DNA of 63,572 bases from a virus (Duplodnaviria; Caudoviricetes), in IMG/VR virus record IMGVR_UViG_3300009788_000107, positions 1 to 63,572 of that record; one strand, given 5' to 3'. The notes under the pieces were generated by a model. That model saw nothing but the letters and a program-made list of their open reading frames with translations. It was not told the DNA's origin and ran no database searches. Shown piece after piece: positions 9,404-18,520 of the stretch; position 1 is the stretch's first letter, and each line of letters begins with the position of its first letter. A program made the position numbers and the translations under genes.

Positions 9404-9698
9404 CCGTCCCTCCCGGTTGCCAGCGGGTCCGAACCTCGACGCCTGGATCGTGTATGAAACAACACAGCGCCGTACTCTTAAACTCGATCGGCCCGCCCCA
9501 TGACGCGACGCCGCAGTCGTACGCGCCTGGCTGTTGTTTCTCCTTCGGCTCGTCGGTGTTCAGACACGGCGAGATTGCCGCCATGAACAGCGGCCGTTCC
9601 GCGAGCGGGTCGCCGTCTGGTTCCGTCAACCGAAACAACATGAACTGCTGAGCGCGGTCCGTCCAGTTCAGCGCCGAGAGACCGAGAAGAACTCTCAT
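9393..9698 (-). CDS. hypothetical protein
   Basis: 101 aa, ATGA overlap. Confidence 0.45.
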   Translation of the reverse strand: MRVLLGLSALNWTDRAQQFMLFRLTEPDGDPLAERPLFMAAISPCLNTDEPKEKQQPGAYDCGVASWGGPIEFKSTALCCFIHDPGVEVRTRWQPGGTDEY

Positions 9699-10225
9699 CC
9701 GTCCGTCCCTTCTTTCTCGATTGCGGCTTGAACCAGGCCGACGAGGTCTCCGTCGAGCTGTAGTGAATGCCGAAACTTGCCGTACACGTCATCGCTCTCT
9801 TCGACTCGCTTCTTTAGCCGGAGGAGCTTCGCCGCCTGTGTCTTTGTGAGGCGCTTCAGTACCGTCTCGTCCTGATCGTGATAGCCGTCGAGCGTGTCAG
9901 ATTGCTTCGTGCGTTCGTTCCTGAAGCGGACCTTCGCCGTTCGACCGTCGATCCCTGTGATGGTGATCGGGTCGACGATGTAGCGATCAGACCAGCGCCC
10001 CTCATGGTGAAGATACGAGGCCGGGATCGCGACGCGTGTTTTCTTCTGGCGAAACGTGCGTGACGCGTTCCTGATCACCGACTCGCGATCCTTGCCACTC
10101 GCGAGCCGGACGCTCTTCTGGTACGCGTACCAGCGGCCGGTCGACCCGTCGACGTGGAGCGAGATGTTTACTCCGGAGTTCAGTTGATAGTTACCGACGT
10201 ACGCGCCGTCTTTCTCGCCGCTCAT
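9695..10225 (-). CDS. hypothetical protein
   Basis: Probable start MSGEKD at 10225, overlapping the upstream stop. Confidence 0.55.
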   Translation of the reverse strand: MSGEKDGAYVGNYQLNSGVNISLHVDGSTGRWYAYQKSVRLASGKDRESVIRNASRTFRQKKTRVAIPASYLHHEGRWSDRYIVDPITITGIDGRTAKVRFRNERTKQSDTLDGYHDQDETVLKRLTKTQAAKLLRLKKRVEESDDVYGKFRHSLQLDGDLVGLVQAAIEKEGTDG

Positions 10226-10632
10226 CCGTCCCTCCTCGCGGCCAGCTCGATCAACTCCGCGCCGATCGTCTTCACGATTCGCTCGGCCTCGCTCTTCTTC
10301 GTGACGATCACATACACGCCGACCTCCCCGTCGAGCGTCGTCGACCCGAGCCAGTCGACCAGCGTCTCGCGACAGAGGACCGCCGCCGTCGTGATCCAGT
10401 GCGACACGCGGCCGGGTGAGACCGCGCCGCGATACGAGAACGCGCCGAGAACCTCGTCGAGGTCCCAGATCAGATCGCCCGCCTCCGCATGGTCGCGAAC
10501 CCAGGTCGTTTTCCCGCTCCCTGGTGGACCGCACACGACGAAGCGACGCCTTGCGTGAGCCTCACACCGTCCCCACTTCACCAGCGCCTCACAACCAGGC
10601 ATCGAACACGGTCGCTTGAGAGACTCAGGCAT
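10222..10632 (-). CDS. small P-loop NTPase/kinase with N-terminal Zn-binding motif
   Basis: Walker A GPPGSGKTT followed by DLIWDLD; N-terminal MPESLKRPCSMPGC...C..H. Confidence 0.75.
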   Translation of the reverse strand: MPESLKRPCSMPGCEALVKWGRCEAHARRRFVVCGPPGSGKTTWVRDHAEAGDLIWDLDEVLGAFSYRGAVSPGRVSHWITTAAVLCRETLVDWLGSTTLDGEVGVYVIVTKKSEAERIVKTIGAELIELAARRDG

Positions 10633-10893
10633 TTACAGGCCTCCATAGAGTGCGGCGACAAGAAACGCGACGAACCCGATCAAGAGAGCGACGCCGACCC
10701 ACTCGTCGGACCTCACTTCACCAGTTCCCCGAGGAAGACCAGATCTTCGACCGTCTTCTGGTCTGTCACGATGCGAGCGACCAGCGCGCGAAGCTCCTCG
10801 ATACACCTGATGTAGTGATGAGGAAGGTTCTCGCCGCCTCCGCAGAGATTGCATCGTTCGCCGGAACGTGTGTCGCTCATTCGTCCGTCCTTC

Positions 10894-11241
10894 CTATCCC
10901 TTCGGTGGTTCGTTGTGGCTCGGCCCGCCTGGTCGATAGCGCGGCCGTTTCGTCTTCGCCGCTTTCTTCTTCGTCTTCTTTGTCTTCTTTGTCGGCGTCG
11001 CGTATCCAGGCAGAACGATCCGCTCGGGCTCGAGGAGCTGAAGGCGGTCCTCGTCGAACCAGCGTCCCTCGATCTCTTTGCACGCCTCCCCGTGTTCGCC
11101 GCTCTTCTTCCCCGAGAGTCGAGTCGTCACGCTGTACTGATTGCATCCGGAGATGTAGTCGGCGCGGCCGGTGATCACGCCCTCGAACCGGGTGACGAGA
11201 TCCCTCACCGTGTCGCCGTGTTGAAACTGATAGTCCTTCAT
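10894..11241 (-). CDS. conserved phage hypothetical protein
   Basis: GDTVRDLVTRFEGVITGRADYISGCNQY...WFDEDRL motif, common in phages. Confidence 0.65.
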   Translation of the reverse strand: MKDYQFQHGDTVRDLVTRFEGVITGRADYISGCNQYSVTTRLSGKKSGEHGEACKEIEGRWFDEDRLQLLEPERIVLPGYATPTKKTKKTKKKAAKTKRPRYRPGGPSHNEPPKG

Positions 11242-11450
11242 CCGTCCCCCTGTGAGCCGTTCACGTATCGACGGCATGTCAAGAACGATTTCGACCGGCG
11301 ATCGCATCCGTCACTCCTCTGTGAAATCCCGGCCGCGCCGCAATCTGGGACCGTTGCAACGGAACCCAGTTCCCAACGTCGCTTATGCCATCCCTTATAT
11401 GCCGACAACCTGTGCTCGTAGAGGCGTCGGTTTCAGATGGACCGGGGAAC

Positions 11451-11906
11451 CTATCTCCCTCCTCCGACGAGCTGCTCGCCGACGTACCACTCGATCGCGC
11501 CGTCCGCCTGGTCCTCGGTGAGGAACACCAGCGAGAGACGCGGTCGCTGTTGGCCGTCGTACATCCGATGATGGGTCCGACAGATTCGACAGCCGAGCGC
11601 GGTCGTGTGTCGCTCCTCCGGATCCTGGCCGGTCGTCTTCGTCCGGCGTCCTTCCTCCAGGTGTCCCCACTCGTCCGGCCCGCCATGCGGCCAGCGCGGA
11701 TCCTCGGGGACCATACACGCCGGGTCGCGCCGGAAGATGATCGCACGGACACGCGTCTTCACCGCTCGCTCCTGTTTTTGTTCTCGGTTGCGCCGTTCGA
11801 GGGAGGTCTCCCCCTTCGGGAACCCGAACCCGTTCCAGTCGATCCCCTTCTTCGGAGCCTCCTGATTCTTTCCGGATTGTTTCCGGAATCTCTTCCCTCG
11901 CTTCAT
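11451..11906 (-). CDS. hypothetical protein, possible HNH-like Zn-binding
   Basis: RDPAC...EWGH...ICRTHH..YD. Confidence 0.55.
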   Translation of the reverse strand: MKRGKRFRKQSGKNQEAPKKGIDWNGFGFPKGETSLERRNREQKQERAVKTRVRAIIFRRDPACMVPEDPRWPHGGPDEWGHLEEGRRTKTTGQDPEERHTTALGCRICRTHHRMYDGQQRPRLSLVFLTEDQADGAIEWYVGEQLVGGGR

Positions 11907-12559
11907 CGTTTCGGCCGCTCAGGAAGGTCTCGCATGTCGAGGAGATGCGTACTCTCGAGGTACCAAGCGGCCCCGCCCTTCCGCCAGACTTCTTTCGCCC
12001 CAAGTCCTCCGGTGACGTCCCTCGCATACCTCCAGCCGCGAAGCGTCGCGTACTCGTGTCGAACAACGACGAGGATCATCGGGTGATCGGGGTTGTCCGG
12101 TCTCTGGTGTTCGTCCCCATGAACGATCAGGCGAAGCGACTCGCGCTCGACGCCTCGAACTCCATAGAACCCGCCGACGTCCTCCGCGTCGTAATCGCCG
12201 AGCGATCCGTTCCAGAAACAATCGCGGTGTTTGGCGACGGCCAGCTCCGCGCCCGCTCCGAGAATATGATTCGGGACACTCACGCCGCGCTGTCCGGCGC
12301 GGTCGGGCTTCCCCTTCGCCTTCGTTTGTTCGGCGCGGCGACGGCCGACGAACTGATACAACTCGCGGTCCGCCGCTGTGTATCGAACCTGAATCTCGTC
12401 GCGCTTTGGAGTCGTCGACATTGCTCTCCTCTTGTCGTATTGAGGGTGTAACCAGACGAACTGTTGACACCGGCCGCACCGCATGAGGTCGATCGGTTGC
12501 TGGACCTCCTCGCAGACCATGACGGTCTCGCCACAGTGAACGCGCTCGACTAGTTTCAT
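11903..12559 (-). CDS. hypothetical protein (possible restriction-endonuclease-like fold)
   Basis: GAGAELAVAK...DV...LRGW pattern; the start may be at 12421. Confidence 0.5.
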   Translation of the reverse strand: MKLVERVHCGETVMVCEEVQQPIDLMRCGRCQQFVWLHPQYDKRRAMSTTPKRDEIQVRYTAADRELYQFVGRRRAEQTKAKGKPDRAGQRGVSVPNHILGAGAELAVAKHRDCFWNGSLGDYDAEDVGGFYGVRGVERESLRLIVHGDEHQRPDNPDHPMILVVVRHEYATLRGWRYARDVTGGLGAKEVWRKGGAAWYLESTHLLDMRDLPERPKR

Positions 12560-12566
12560 CGCTTCA

Positions 12567-13055
12567 TCAGATCATCGGACCGTACGAGATGAGGACCGAG
12601 GGGAACGTCGCGCTCGTCGGCTTGCCCTTCTTATCGAGGATCGGTTTCCCGCCGAGCGTGAACATGAGTCGGCCGCGTATCAGCTCGAACGAGACGCCAG
12701 GCTGTCGATAGACGTGGTCGTGAAACCAGCGGGTATCGGTCCGCGCCGGGAGGAGGAAGACGCCGAAGTTTCCGATGAGCTGTTGCGCGACCGCCTTCTC
12801 CGTCCAGTGATAGATACCGAGACCGTACGGAGGGTTGCACCAGTACGGTCCGCGTCCCAGGTGAGACCAGCCGGAGCCGTCCGCCAGCGCGTCGTCATTC
12901 TCCGTGTAGTAGTACCGACAGAGCGCATTCTTCGGCGTCGCGGCGATGTCGATCGCGAACCCGCCGACGTTAGAACTCACGGTCTCGAACAGGTCGCGAG
13001 GCGTTTCCCATTCCTTGTTCCCTGAACTCATCAGAACTGCCAGGTTTTTTCTCAC
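12567..13055 (-). CDS. phage DNA N6-adenine methyltransferase (phage Dam family)
   Basis: WETPRDLF...DIAAT..NALC...WCNPPYG...LLPARTDTRWFH...GRL.F; catalytic NPPY intact. Confidence 0.9.
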   Translation of the reverse strand: MRKNLAVLMSSGNKEWETPRDLFETVSSNVGGFAIDIAATPKNALCRYYYTENDDALADGSGWSHLGRGPYWCNPPYGLGIYHWTEKAVAQQLIGNFGVFLLPARTDTRWFHDHVYRQPGVSFELIRGRLMFTLGGKPILDKKGKPTSATFPSVLISYGPMI

Positions 13056-13230
13056 GTCCGTTCGTCTCCCTGAGTGTCTTCCGGTTCGTCCCGTCGCCGA
13101 GGAACGGCCGGAGTGTTCCCGAGTGCCCGCATGTCGGACACGGGTCGCCCACGCGGTACGGTCCCTCCGGCTGTCCGTCGAGCATCCGACGACACCGCGA
13201 ACAAACGAGGAGATACTTCACGCGCATCGC

Positions 13231-13770
13231 TCAGCGCGAACTCCAGGCGATCGTTATTCGCGGCGCGTCGGCCGTATGAGTCGAGACGCCGTGAAGACAC
13301 TTCGCGCTGAACAGGATCGCCTCGCCCTCGTTCGGCGTCGGGTCGACGAAGTCGTGCGCGCCGTCGACACTCTCGGTCGTCCAGAGCCGCCCACCGCCAG
13401 CCGGGAGCGAGAGACCGTACACGCCACCGCGAAGGCTGTCGCCGCCTGGTCGCTTCCCGTGATGATGAATCGCGATCGAGTCGCCCCGCTCAAGGATGTT
13501 CGCCCACATGATCAGGTCGCTCCCCCCACTCCAGGGTTTCGACAGACCGAGTTCGGCGAGCGATTTGTACGCCGGTTCTTCGAGCGTCCAGATCCAGCGA
13601 ATCAGATCGGAGAACCCGGCGTACGTCTGGAGGATCTTCGGCGACGACCAGCTGCCACCCTGTTTGAGCTTCACGCCAGGGTGTCTCAGCCTCGCTCGAG
13701 CGACCGCGTCGAGAAGCGGCCCGCGCCAGGCGGTCGCGAACGGCGTGTGAGACCGCCTCAGCTCAGCCAC
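13231..13770 (-). CDS. 2OG-Fe(II) oxygenase superfamily protein
   Basis: WANILERGD...HHH...GVY...PNEGEAILF....LHGV......RITIAW is the DSBH oxygenase pattern. Likely GTG start at 13770. Confidence 0.8.
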   Translation of the reverse strand: MAELRRSHTPFATAWRGPLLDAVARARLRHPGVKLKQGGSWSSPKILQTYAGFSDLIRWIWTLEEPAYKSLAELGLSKPWSGGSDLIMWANILERGDSIAIHHHGKRPGGDSLRGGVYGLSLPAGGGRLWTTESVDGAHDFVDPTPNEGEAILFSAKCLHGVSTHTADAPRITIAWSSR

Positions 13771-13937
13771 CAGATCACCAGGCGAACGCCACCGATAAAG
13801 AACCCGGCCATGATCGCGCCGATGAGCGCGCCGCCGACCATGATCTGATAACAGGCGGGACACAGCGTCCGGTCCGCCCGCGTGACAATCCGATCACAGC
13901 GAGCGTTCCGACAAGGGATGCGCCGGTCAAATCTCAC
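13758..13937 (-). CDS. small Zn-finger membrane protein (not in ORF track)
   Basis: Manual translation MRFDRRIPCRNARC...LCPACYQIMVGGALIGAIMAGFFIGGVRLVIWWLS; GTGA overlap with the upstream gene. Confidence 0.5.
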   Translation of the reverse strand: MRFDRRIPCRNARCDRIVTRADRTLCPACYQIMVGGALIGAIMAGFFIGGVRLVIWWLS

Positions 13938-14383
13938 GCGCTACTCCTGAGCCAGTGAACGATCTCGATCGTGTTGACGGCGAGACAGTCGGCGAGGCCG
14001 TACATCAGCTCCGGCTCGCCGTCGTCGAGGAGGATCCCGGTCCGCTTGCTTTGCCCGCGACAGTAGCCGAGTTCGAGATGCGCGCTCCGGCCGCACGGCA
14101 TCACGAGAACACACGCGTCGGCCGCGTTCAGCGCGCCGTAATCCATCGAGAACCCGGCGACGGCGATCGGATGCTTGAGCGCGGCGCGGAACTGCTCCGG
14201 CGTCCAGCTCTTCCACAAGGGATCGATATCGCTCCAGTGAAACCCACCGACGCCGGGCCGACTAGTTGGATTCCTGAAGTCGTAGACCTCGAACCCGTTC
14301 GCCTGAAGATCGTTCACGACGCTCGGCTGTCTCGCGTTCCGCCAGCTCGAGGCGACGTAGACGTTCATAGGGTAGACGTTCAT
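13934..14383 (-). CDS. nucleoside 2-deoxyribosyltransferase-like protein
   Basis: VYVASSWRN...GFEVYDFRNP...ADACVLVMPCGRSAHLELGY, an NDT/Rcl-like fold with the conserved Glu. Confidence 0.75.
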   Translation of the reverse strand: MNVYPMNVYVASSWRNARQPSVVNDLQANGFEVYDFRNPTSRPGVGGFHWSDIDPLWKSWTPEQFRAALKHPIAVAGFSMDYGALNAADACVLVMPCGRSAHLELGYCRGQSKRTGILLDDGEPELMYGLADCLAVNTIEIVHWLRSSA

Positions 14384-14540
14384 GGAACCATCTCCAGCCA
14401 ACGAGCGAAGAGGTAGACCGGCCATGAGATCCCGACCCATTCCGCGCCGAGTCTCGCCATGCGCCGACAGGCCGGACAGAGATTGATAACAACGGTTACT
14501 CGAATCGGTTCATCACACAGCCAGTTCCGACAGCGCTTCG

Positions 14541-14840
14541 TCATAGGTTGATCTCCTTACAGTGAGCGCGGAACGCGTGTCGGAGCGCTCGAAGCGAGAG
14601 CCGAGGTTTTCCTCGCCGAAGGATGAGCCATGCCGTCTCGACCCATTCGTCGGAACTCTGAGGCCAGGCCAGGATAAAGGCGAGTGACCTCAGCCCCGGC
14701 GCGAGTCCGGCGATCGCCTCACCCGCGAGCTGAAACCCACGACCAAGTTCCGCCATACGCTTCTCAAACTCGACAAGCCTCGGCGTAATGAGGTCGAAGA
14801 ACTCCAGCCTGAACCGACCGCGAGCGTCGTATTCAGCCAT
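14541..14840 (-). CDS. hypothetical protein
   Basis: 99 aa, operonic. Confidence 0.45.
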   Translation of the reverse strand: MAEYDARGRFRLEFFDLITPRLVEFEKRMAELGRGFQLAGEAIAGLAPGLRSLAFILAWPQSSDEWVETAWLILRRGKPRLSLRALRHAFRAHCKEINL

Positions 14841-15129
14841 CGGACGGACGCGGGGAGTGTTGTCCCCACTCAGTAAAGAGCGGCGCTCGAACCTTCGTCT
14901 GAATCAGGCGAAGCGCCTTCTCGACCTCGGGATCCTGCGTGAAGGTCGGCCTGATGATCGGCGGCGTCTCGCCCTCGAAGAGCTTCACGTCGCGGAGCGA
15001 CGGGTGTTCGATCTCAAGCTCGATCGTCTGCGGGTCGACGACGGACGCTCCGAGAAGCAGCGTGTCGTTTGGTAGCGGGATCGCGGCGAGAAACAGCTCG
15101 CGACTGATTCTGATGCGTGCGAGTTTCAT
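14833..15129 (-). CDS. hypothetical protein
   Basis: 98 aa, strong GGAGG RBS. Confidence 0.55.
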   Translation of the reverse strand: MKLARIRISRELFLAAIPLPNDTLLLGASVVDPQTIELEIEHPSLRDVKLFEGETPPIIRPTFTQDPEVEKALRLIQTKVRAPLFTEWGQHSPRPSDG

Positions 15130-15136
15130 AGTCTCC

Positions 15137-15162
15137 TCCGTCCGTAAGTTCCGTCCGTAAGT
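15137..15162. repeat. tandem 13-bp duplication TCCGTCCGTAAGT x2 abutting an RBS
   Basis: Exact tandem copies at 15137-15149 and 15150-15162. Confidence 0.8.
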
Positions 15163-15279
15163 CTAGATCCTGAGCGATTCTCAGGCTACGCAGAAAGCGC
15201 TTGTCGCCGCCCGTGGGAGCGCGAGCGAAGAGCCGCCTCATCATGGTTCCGTCGACGTTCTTTACCTTCCGATCGGCGA

Positions 15280-15894
15280 TCACGCGACCTTCTCCCCGAG
15301 CTTGTCTTTCATCCAATCGACGATCGTTTGAAGCTCGTCGGCTGTCGCGTCACGCTTCAGGTTGTTACACCGCCAGCATACAAGGAAGACGTTCCCCTTC
15401 ACGTACCCGACACTCGGCTCGAAGCGATCGAGGCTCGGCGAGTTGTCTTTCTTCTGTCGGTCGAACTTGTATCCAACGTCGAAGGTCACGCCGCAACATT
15501 CACAGGTTGGCTGGAGCTGGAGCCAGTCACAGATAAAGACCGCCGTGAAGATATCGAGATCGGCCGGAAGCTGTTTCTCTCTCGCTCTCGTGATTATTCC
15601 ATTACGGAGAGCGCGAGCGCGACTCATAAGAACAGGCTGATCACGGAAGTAGCGACGCGATCGCCGTCTTGACGCGTGAAGTTCGCGCTCACGACCGCTA
15701 ATTCTTCGCCTCGCGTAAGCCCGTTCACGGCTCTCTCTCCATCCGCCGTTCCAGTTCGGATTCTGCGCCATCTTCGGATGATGATTAGGAAGGAAGCGCA
15801 ACGGTCGCCCCGTGATCCATCCGCGATCTGGTCTGGTCTCAGTCGAGAGTCTAGTTCGGCCACCACAACCACACTGACAAAGGCCAGGCTTCAC
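15280..15894 (-). CDS. HNH-type homing endonuclease
   Basis: N-terminal LCQCGCG; C-terminal CECCG...SPSLDR....GYVKGNVFLVCWRCNNLK. Confidence 0.8.
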   Translation of the reverse strand: MKPGLCQCGCGGRTRLSTETRPDRGWITGRPLRFLPNHHPKMAQNPNWNGGWRESRERAYARRRISGRERELHASRRRSRRYFRDQPVLMSRARALRNGIITRAREKQLPADLDIFTAVFICDWLQLQPTCECCGVTFDVGYKFDRQKKDNSPSLDRFEPSVGYVKGNVFLVCWRCNNLKRDATADELQTIVDWMKDKLGEKVA

Positions 15895-16814
15895 GCGATC
15901 TTCTCTCCGATTTGCTTCCCGTAGTACGTCCATCCGGCCCTCCGTGCTTTCCGCTTTGCTAACAGTTCAAGGTACGGTCCGGTCTCATACAGCCGCTCGA
16001 TCATCTTTCGACACTCCTCGGGGATCTCCCCGTCGTGCGGTTCGGCTCGCCAGGTCGCGACCGAGTCGAACATCGGAGTCAGTCTATCCGGAGGGAGCTT
16101 CCCACGCACACACCAGAGGACCGTCTCGTGTCGCTCGTCGAGGTAGGCGTCGGCGCGCTGGTGCAGTACACGGTCCCAGATGATCGCCCGCTTGTACTCG
16201 AACTCCCAGGCGTCGAGGAGCGCCGCGATCTCAAAGCGAAGCGACTCGGGGTGAACCAGGAAGAGCGCGGCGTTCGGTTGCATGTGCGACGCGACCGGGA
16301 TCTTCGCCAGCTCGTCGAGCGTGATCTCGCCGTAGTCTGGCGAACACACCAGGACCCGATACTTCCCGACGAGCTTCGCCTTCCCCTCGGCGACCGGCCT
16401 CCGCTTGACGTGACGAACCTCCTCTCGGATCGCGGAGACGCTCAGGTTCTCGGCCCGCGCCTTCGCGAGGACTTTCCGCTGGTGCGCCGGGTCGAGACCC
16501 GCGACCGCCTGATAGTGCGTGAAGGAGATCCCGCCCGTGAGGAACCGGCGACCCTTGGGGATCTTCTCGTGAACGCGAGCGTACTCGGTGAGCGTGGTCA
16601 GCTCGAACCCTGAGCCGTCGACGAGTTGGTACGCCCTATCGCCGAACCGCGCCTTCGCGTCGGCCCACCATTCGCCGATAAAGAACGGTGTCCGTTCCTC
16701 AAGGTCTCGAAGAAACTCCCCGACCTCGGCCGCTTGCTTCAGCGTCGGGTCGAGAACCTTCAGCCCTCTCGACTGAAGTGTGTAACCGGGGAGTTTGATC
16801 GGACGCCAGCTCAC
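15891..16814 (-). CDS. LmbU-like N-terminal domain fused to degenerate MT-A70-family methyltransferase
   Basis: The C-terminal half follows the MT-A70 pattern (KYRVL...LDELAKIPV...AALFL...LDAWEFEYK...HETVLWCVRG...IERLY..GPYLEL) but has SPDY where DPPW is expected. Confidence 0.7.
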   Translation of the reverse strand: MSWRPIKLPGYTLQSRGLKVLDPTLKQAAEVGEFLRDLEERTPFFIGEWWADAKARFGDRAYQLVDGSGFELTTLTEYARVHEKIPKGRRFLTGGISFTHYQAVAGLDPAHQRKVLAKARAENLSVSAIREEVRHVKRRPVAEGKAKLVGKYRVLVCSPDYGEITLDELAKIPVASHMQPNAALFLVHPESLRFEIAALLDAWEFEYKRAIIWDRVLHQRADAYLDERHETVLWCVRGKLPPDRLTPMFDSVATWRAEPHDGEIPEECRKMIERLYETGPYLELLAKRKARRAGWTYYGKQIGEKIA

Positions 16815-16817
16815 GAA

Positions 16818-17162
16818 CTACGCCTTCGGGACCGGCGAGCGCTTCACTTGGACATCGTGCTTCTCGGTCGTCCGCGCTGTTACCGTCATGATTGTATCGC
16901 CGACCCGACGACGGTATATCGTTTTCTTGTGCTTCCTCATCACGTCGTCGACCTGGTCCTTCGCGACCTTCTCCTTCTTCAGGTTCGCGAGCCGCTTGTC
17001 GCGCCAATTCTCGTATTCGGCGGCGGCGTCTTCGATCTCGGCGATCCCTGTCTTCTCCAGGTCGCCGGGGAGCCGTTGCTGGCGAGGAGGCCCGCCGCTC
17101 GTTGTCTTCGTTGTGGCCTTCTTCCTGTGGAGTCTTCGCTGAGGAGTTTTCTTCTTCACCAT
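16818..17162 (-). CDS. basic hypothetical protein
   Basis: Start MVKKKT at 17162 with upstream RBS. Confidence 0.55.
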   Translation of the reverse strand: MVKKKTPQRRLHRKKATTKTTSGGPPRQQRLPGDLEKTGIAEIEDAAAEYENWRDKRLANLKKEKVAKDQVDDVMRKHKKTIYRRRVGDTIMTVTARTTEKHDVQVKRSPVPKA

Positions 17163-17197
17163 TGCGTCCGTCCTTTCCGTTCGTGAGTTCCGAACTG

Positions 17198-17443
17198 TTA
17201 GAGCTGCCCGTTCCGCTCGACCCACATGACGTTCACCGCCCGGTCGAGTGTCTTGATCGCGCCCGCGACCATCCGATCGATCCGGATCGGATCGAACTCG
17301 ACGACGTCGTTCACTTCCATATCGTGAAACAGTTTCGAGTCGTCGTTCACGTCTCCAGCATGAAAGAACCGCTCCTTCTGATCCTCGCACGCGAGGAACC
17401 CGAAGTTCTTCTTCCCGATATGCCTGATGATTTTCCCCTTCAC
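17198..17443 (-). CDS. cold-shock domain (OB-fold) protein
   Basis: MKGKI......KNFGFL......RFFHAGDV...VVEFD...RAVNV, with RNP1/RNP2-like motifs. Confidence 0.8.
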   Translation of the reverse strand: MKGKIIRHIGKKNFGFLACEDQKERFFHAGDVNDDSKLFHDMEVNDVVEFDPIRIDRMVAGAIKTLDRAVNVMWVERNGQL

Positions 17444-17889
17444 GAGAACAGCCCCGCGATCGTCGGCGCAAGCGGAGCGATCGTGATCTGCGCGCCGGTC
17501 CTCCCGCCATCTGGTAGGTAGCGCTTGATCGAGTGGGAGTCGCACACTTGGCAGTCGTCGCGCCAGGCGACGTCGGTGAGTGAGTCGAGAACGAGGCGGT
17601 CGAGCTTGTCGATGTCCGGTGTCTTATCCCGAAACAGTAACTCGACCGACGTCTTCTGAGCGCGAGGCAGGTAGTACACGATCTTGATCTGAATAGGTCC
17701 GTCCATCAAGCGCGGGACGTGAGCGCGCTTCGCTTCGTAGAAGATTGCCTTCCGCCAAACCTCAGCCTCCGGCGAGTTCTTCGCGAAGAGGATGCAACAG
17801 CGCCGCTTCGCGTTCCACATAGCATCCCATGAACCTTTCGGCTTTGGAAGACCTTCGACCCAGAGACTTACCGCGTCCGTCCCGTCCAT
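17440..17889 (-). CDS. rusA: RusA-family Holliday junction resolvase
   Basis: GLPKPKGS...PDIDKLDRLVLDSLT.VAWRDDCQV. Confidence 0.9.
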   Translation of the reverse strand: MDGTDAVSLWVEGLPKPKGSWDAMWNAKRRCCILFAKNSPEAEVWRKAIFYEAKRAHVPRLMDGPIQIKIVYYLPRAQKTSVELLFRDKTPDIDKLDRLVLDSLTDVAWRDDCQVCDSHSIKRYLPDGGRTGAQITIAPLAPTIAGLFS

Positions 17890-17902
17890 ACGTGACGACA
17901 TT

Positions 17903-18520
17903 CTACCCCGAGCCGTCGCCGATGAGCGGCGCGAAGTCCGACCGCCGCGTCGCCAGCTCACGGTCGACCGACAAGATACCAGCGCGAACGCCACCGAGGA
18001 ACTTCAGCCGAACGACCGGATTCTTCTCCGCACAGTGACACGGGGTCGACTTGTCGTCGACGACGATCGACCCCGAGTCGCGACACTCGACACAAATCCA
18101 GCCGCCCTCCATCGGGTGTCGAATCGGAATCGCTTGGAGGATTTTCTCAGCGCCGGGATAAGCCTTCTTTAGCTCTCGGATCGCCTTCGCCTTCGCTCGC
18201 CCGAGACCCGGCATGTCGGCCGCGACCTGGTCGGCCGCGACAGGGATCGACTTGTGTGTTTCGATCGCCGCTTCGAGCGCCTTCTTCTCGAACCTCAGCG
18301 CCAGGCCGAACAGCTCGGGAGCTTTCGGGAAGAAGTGTCGGCCGTCCGTGCCGGTCCCCTGGCGACAGAGCGCCAGTGTCGCCGCCTCGATCGCCGGGAG
18401 AGACAGCGGCCGACACGTCGCGAGGAACACGTCGTACTCGTTCACGTCGCGCTTTTTCTGCCATGCCGCACACAGCCAGTGATAACAGCGGCGAAACTGT
18501 TCCTCTTCCTGGTCGGTCAT
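17903..18520 (-). CDS. putative replication accessory protein (helicase loader/inhibitor-like) with Zn ribbon
   Basis: FFPKAPEL motif and CVECRDSG...PCHC; position between the putative initiator and rusA. Confidence 0.45.
   Translation of the reverse strand: MTDQEEEQFRRCYHWLCAAWQKKRDVNEYDVFLATCRPLSLPAIEAATLALCRQGTGTDGRHFFPKAPELFGLALRFEKKALEAAIETHKSIPVAADQVAADMPGLGRAKAKAIRELKKAYPGAEKILQAIPIRHPMEGGWICVECRDSGSIVVDDKSTPCHCAEKNPVVRLKFLGGVRAGILSVDRELATRRSDFAPLIGDGSG

Noticed and set aside
14357-14383. Short duplication GTAGACGTTCAT giving MNVYPMNVY
   Set aside because: A single local duplication at a gene start; no evidence of function.
15891-17162. Suppressor-dependent fusion across TAG at 16818 (in frame with the MT-A70-like gene); similar case at 21267
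   Set aside because: In-frame neighbours arise by chance one time in three, and the downstream gene looks complete with its own start.
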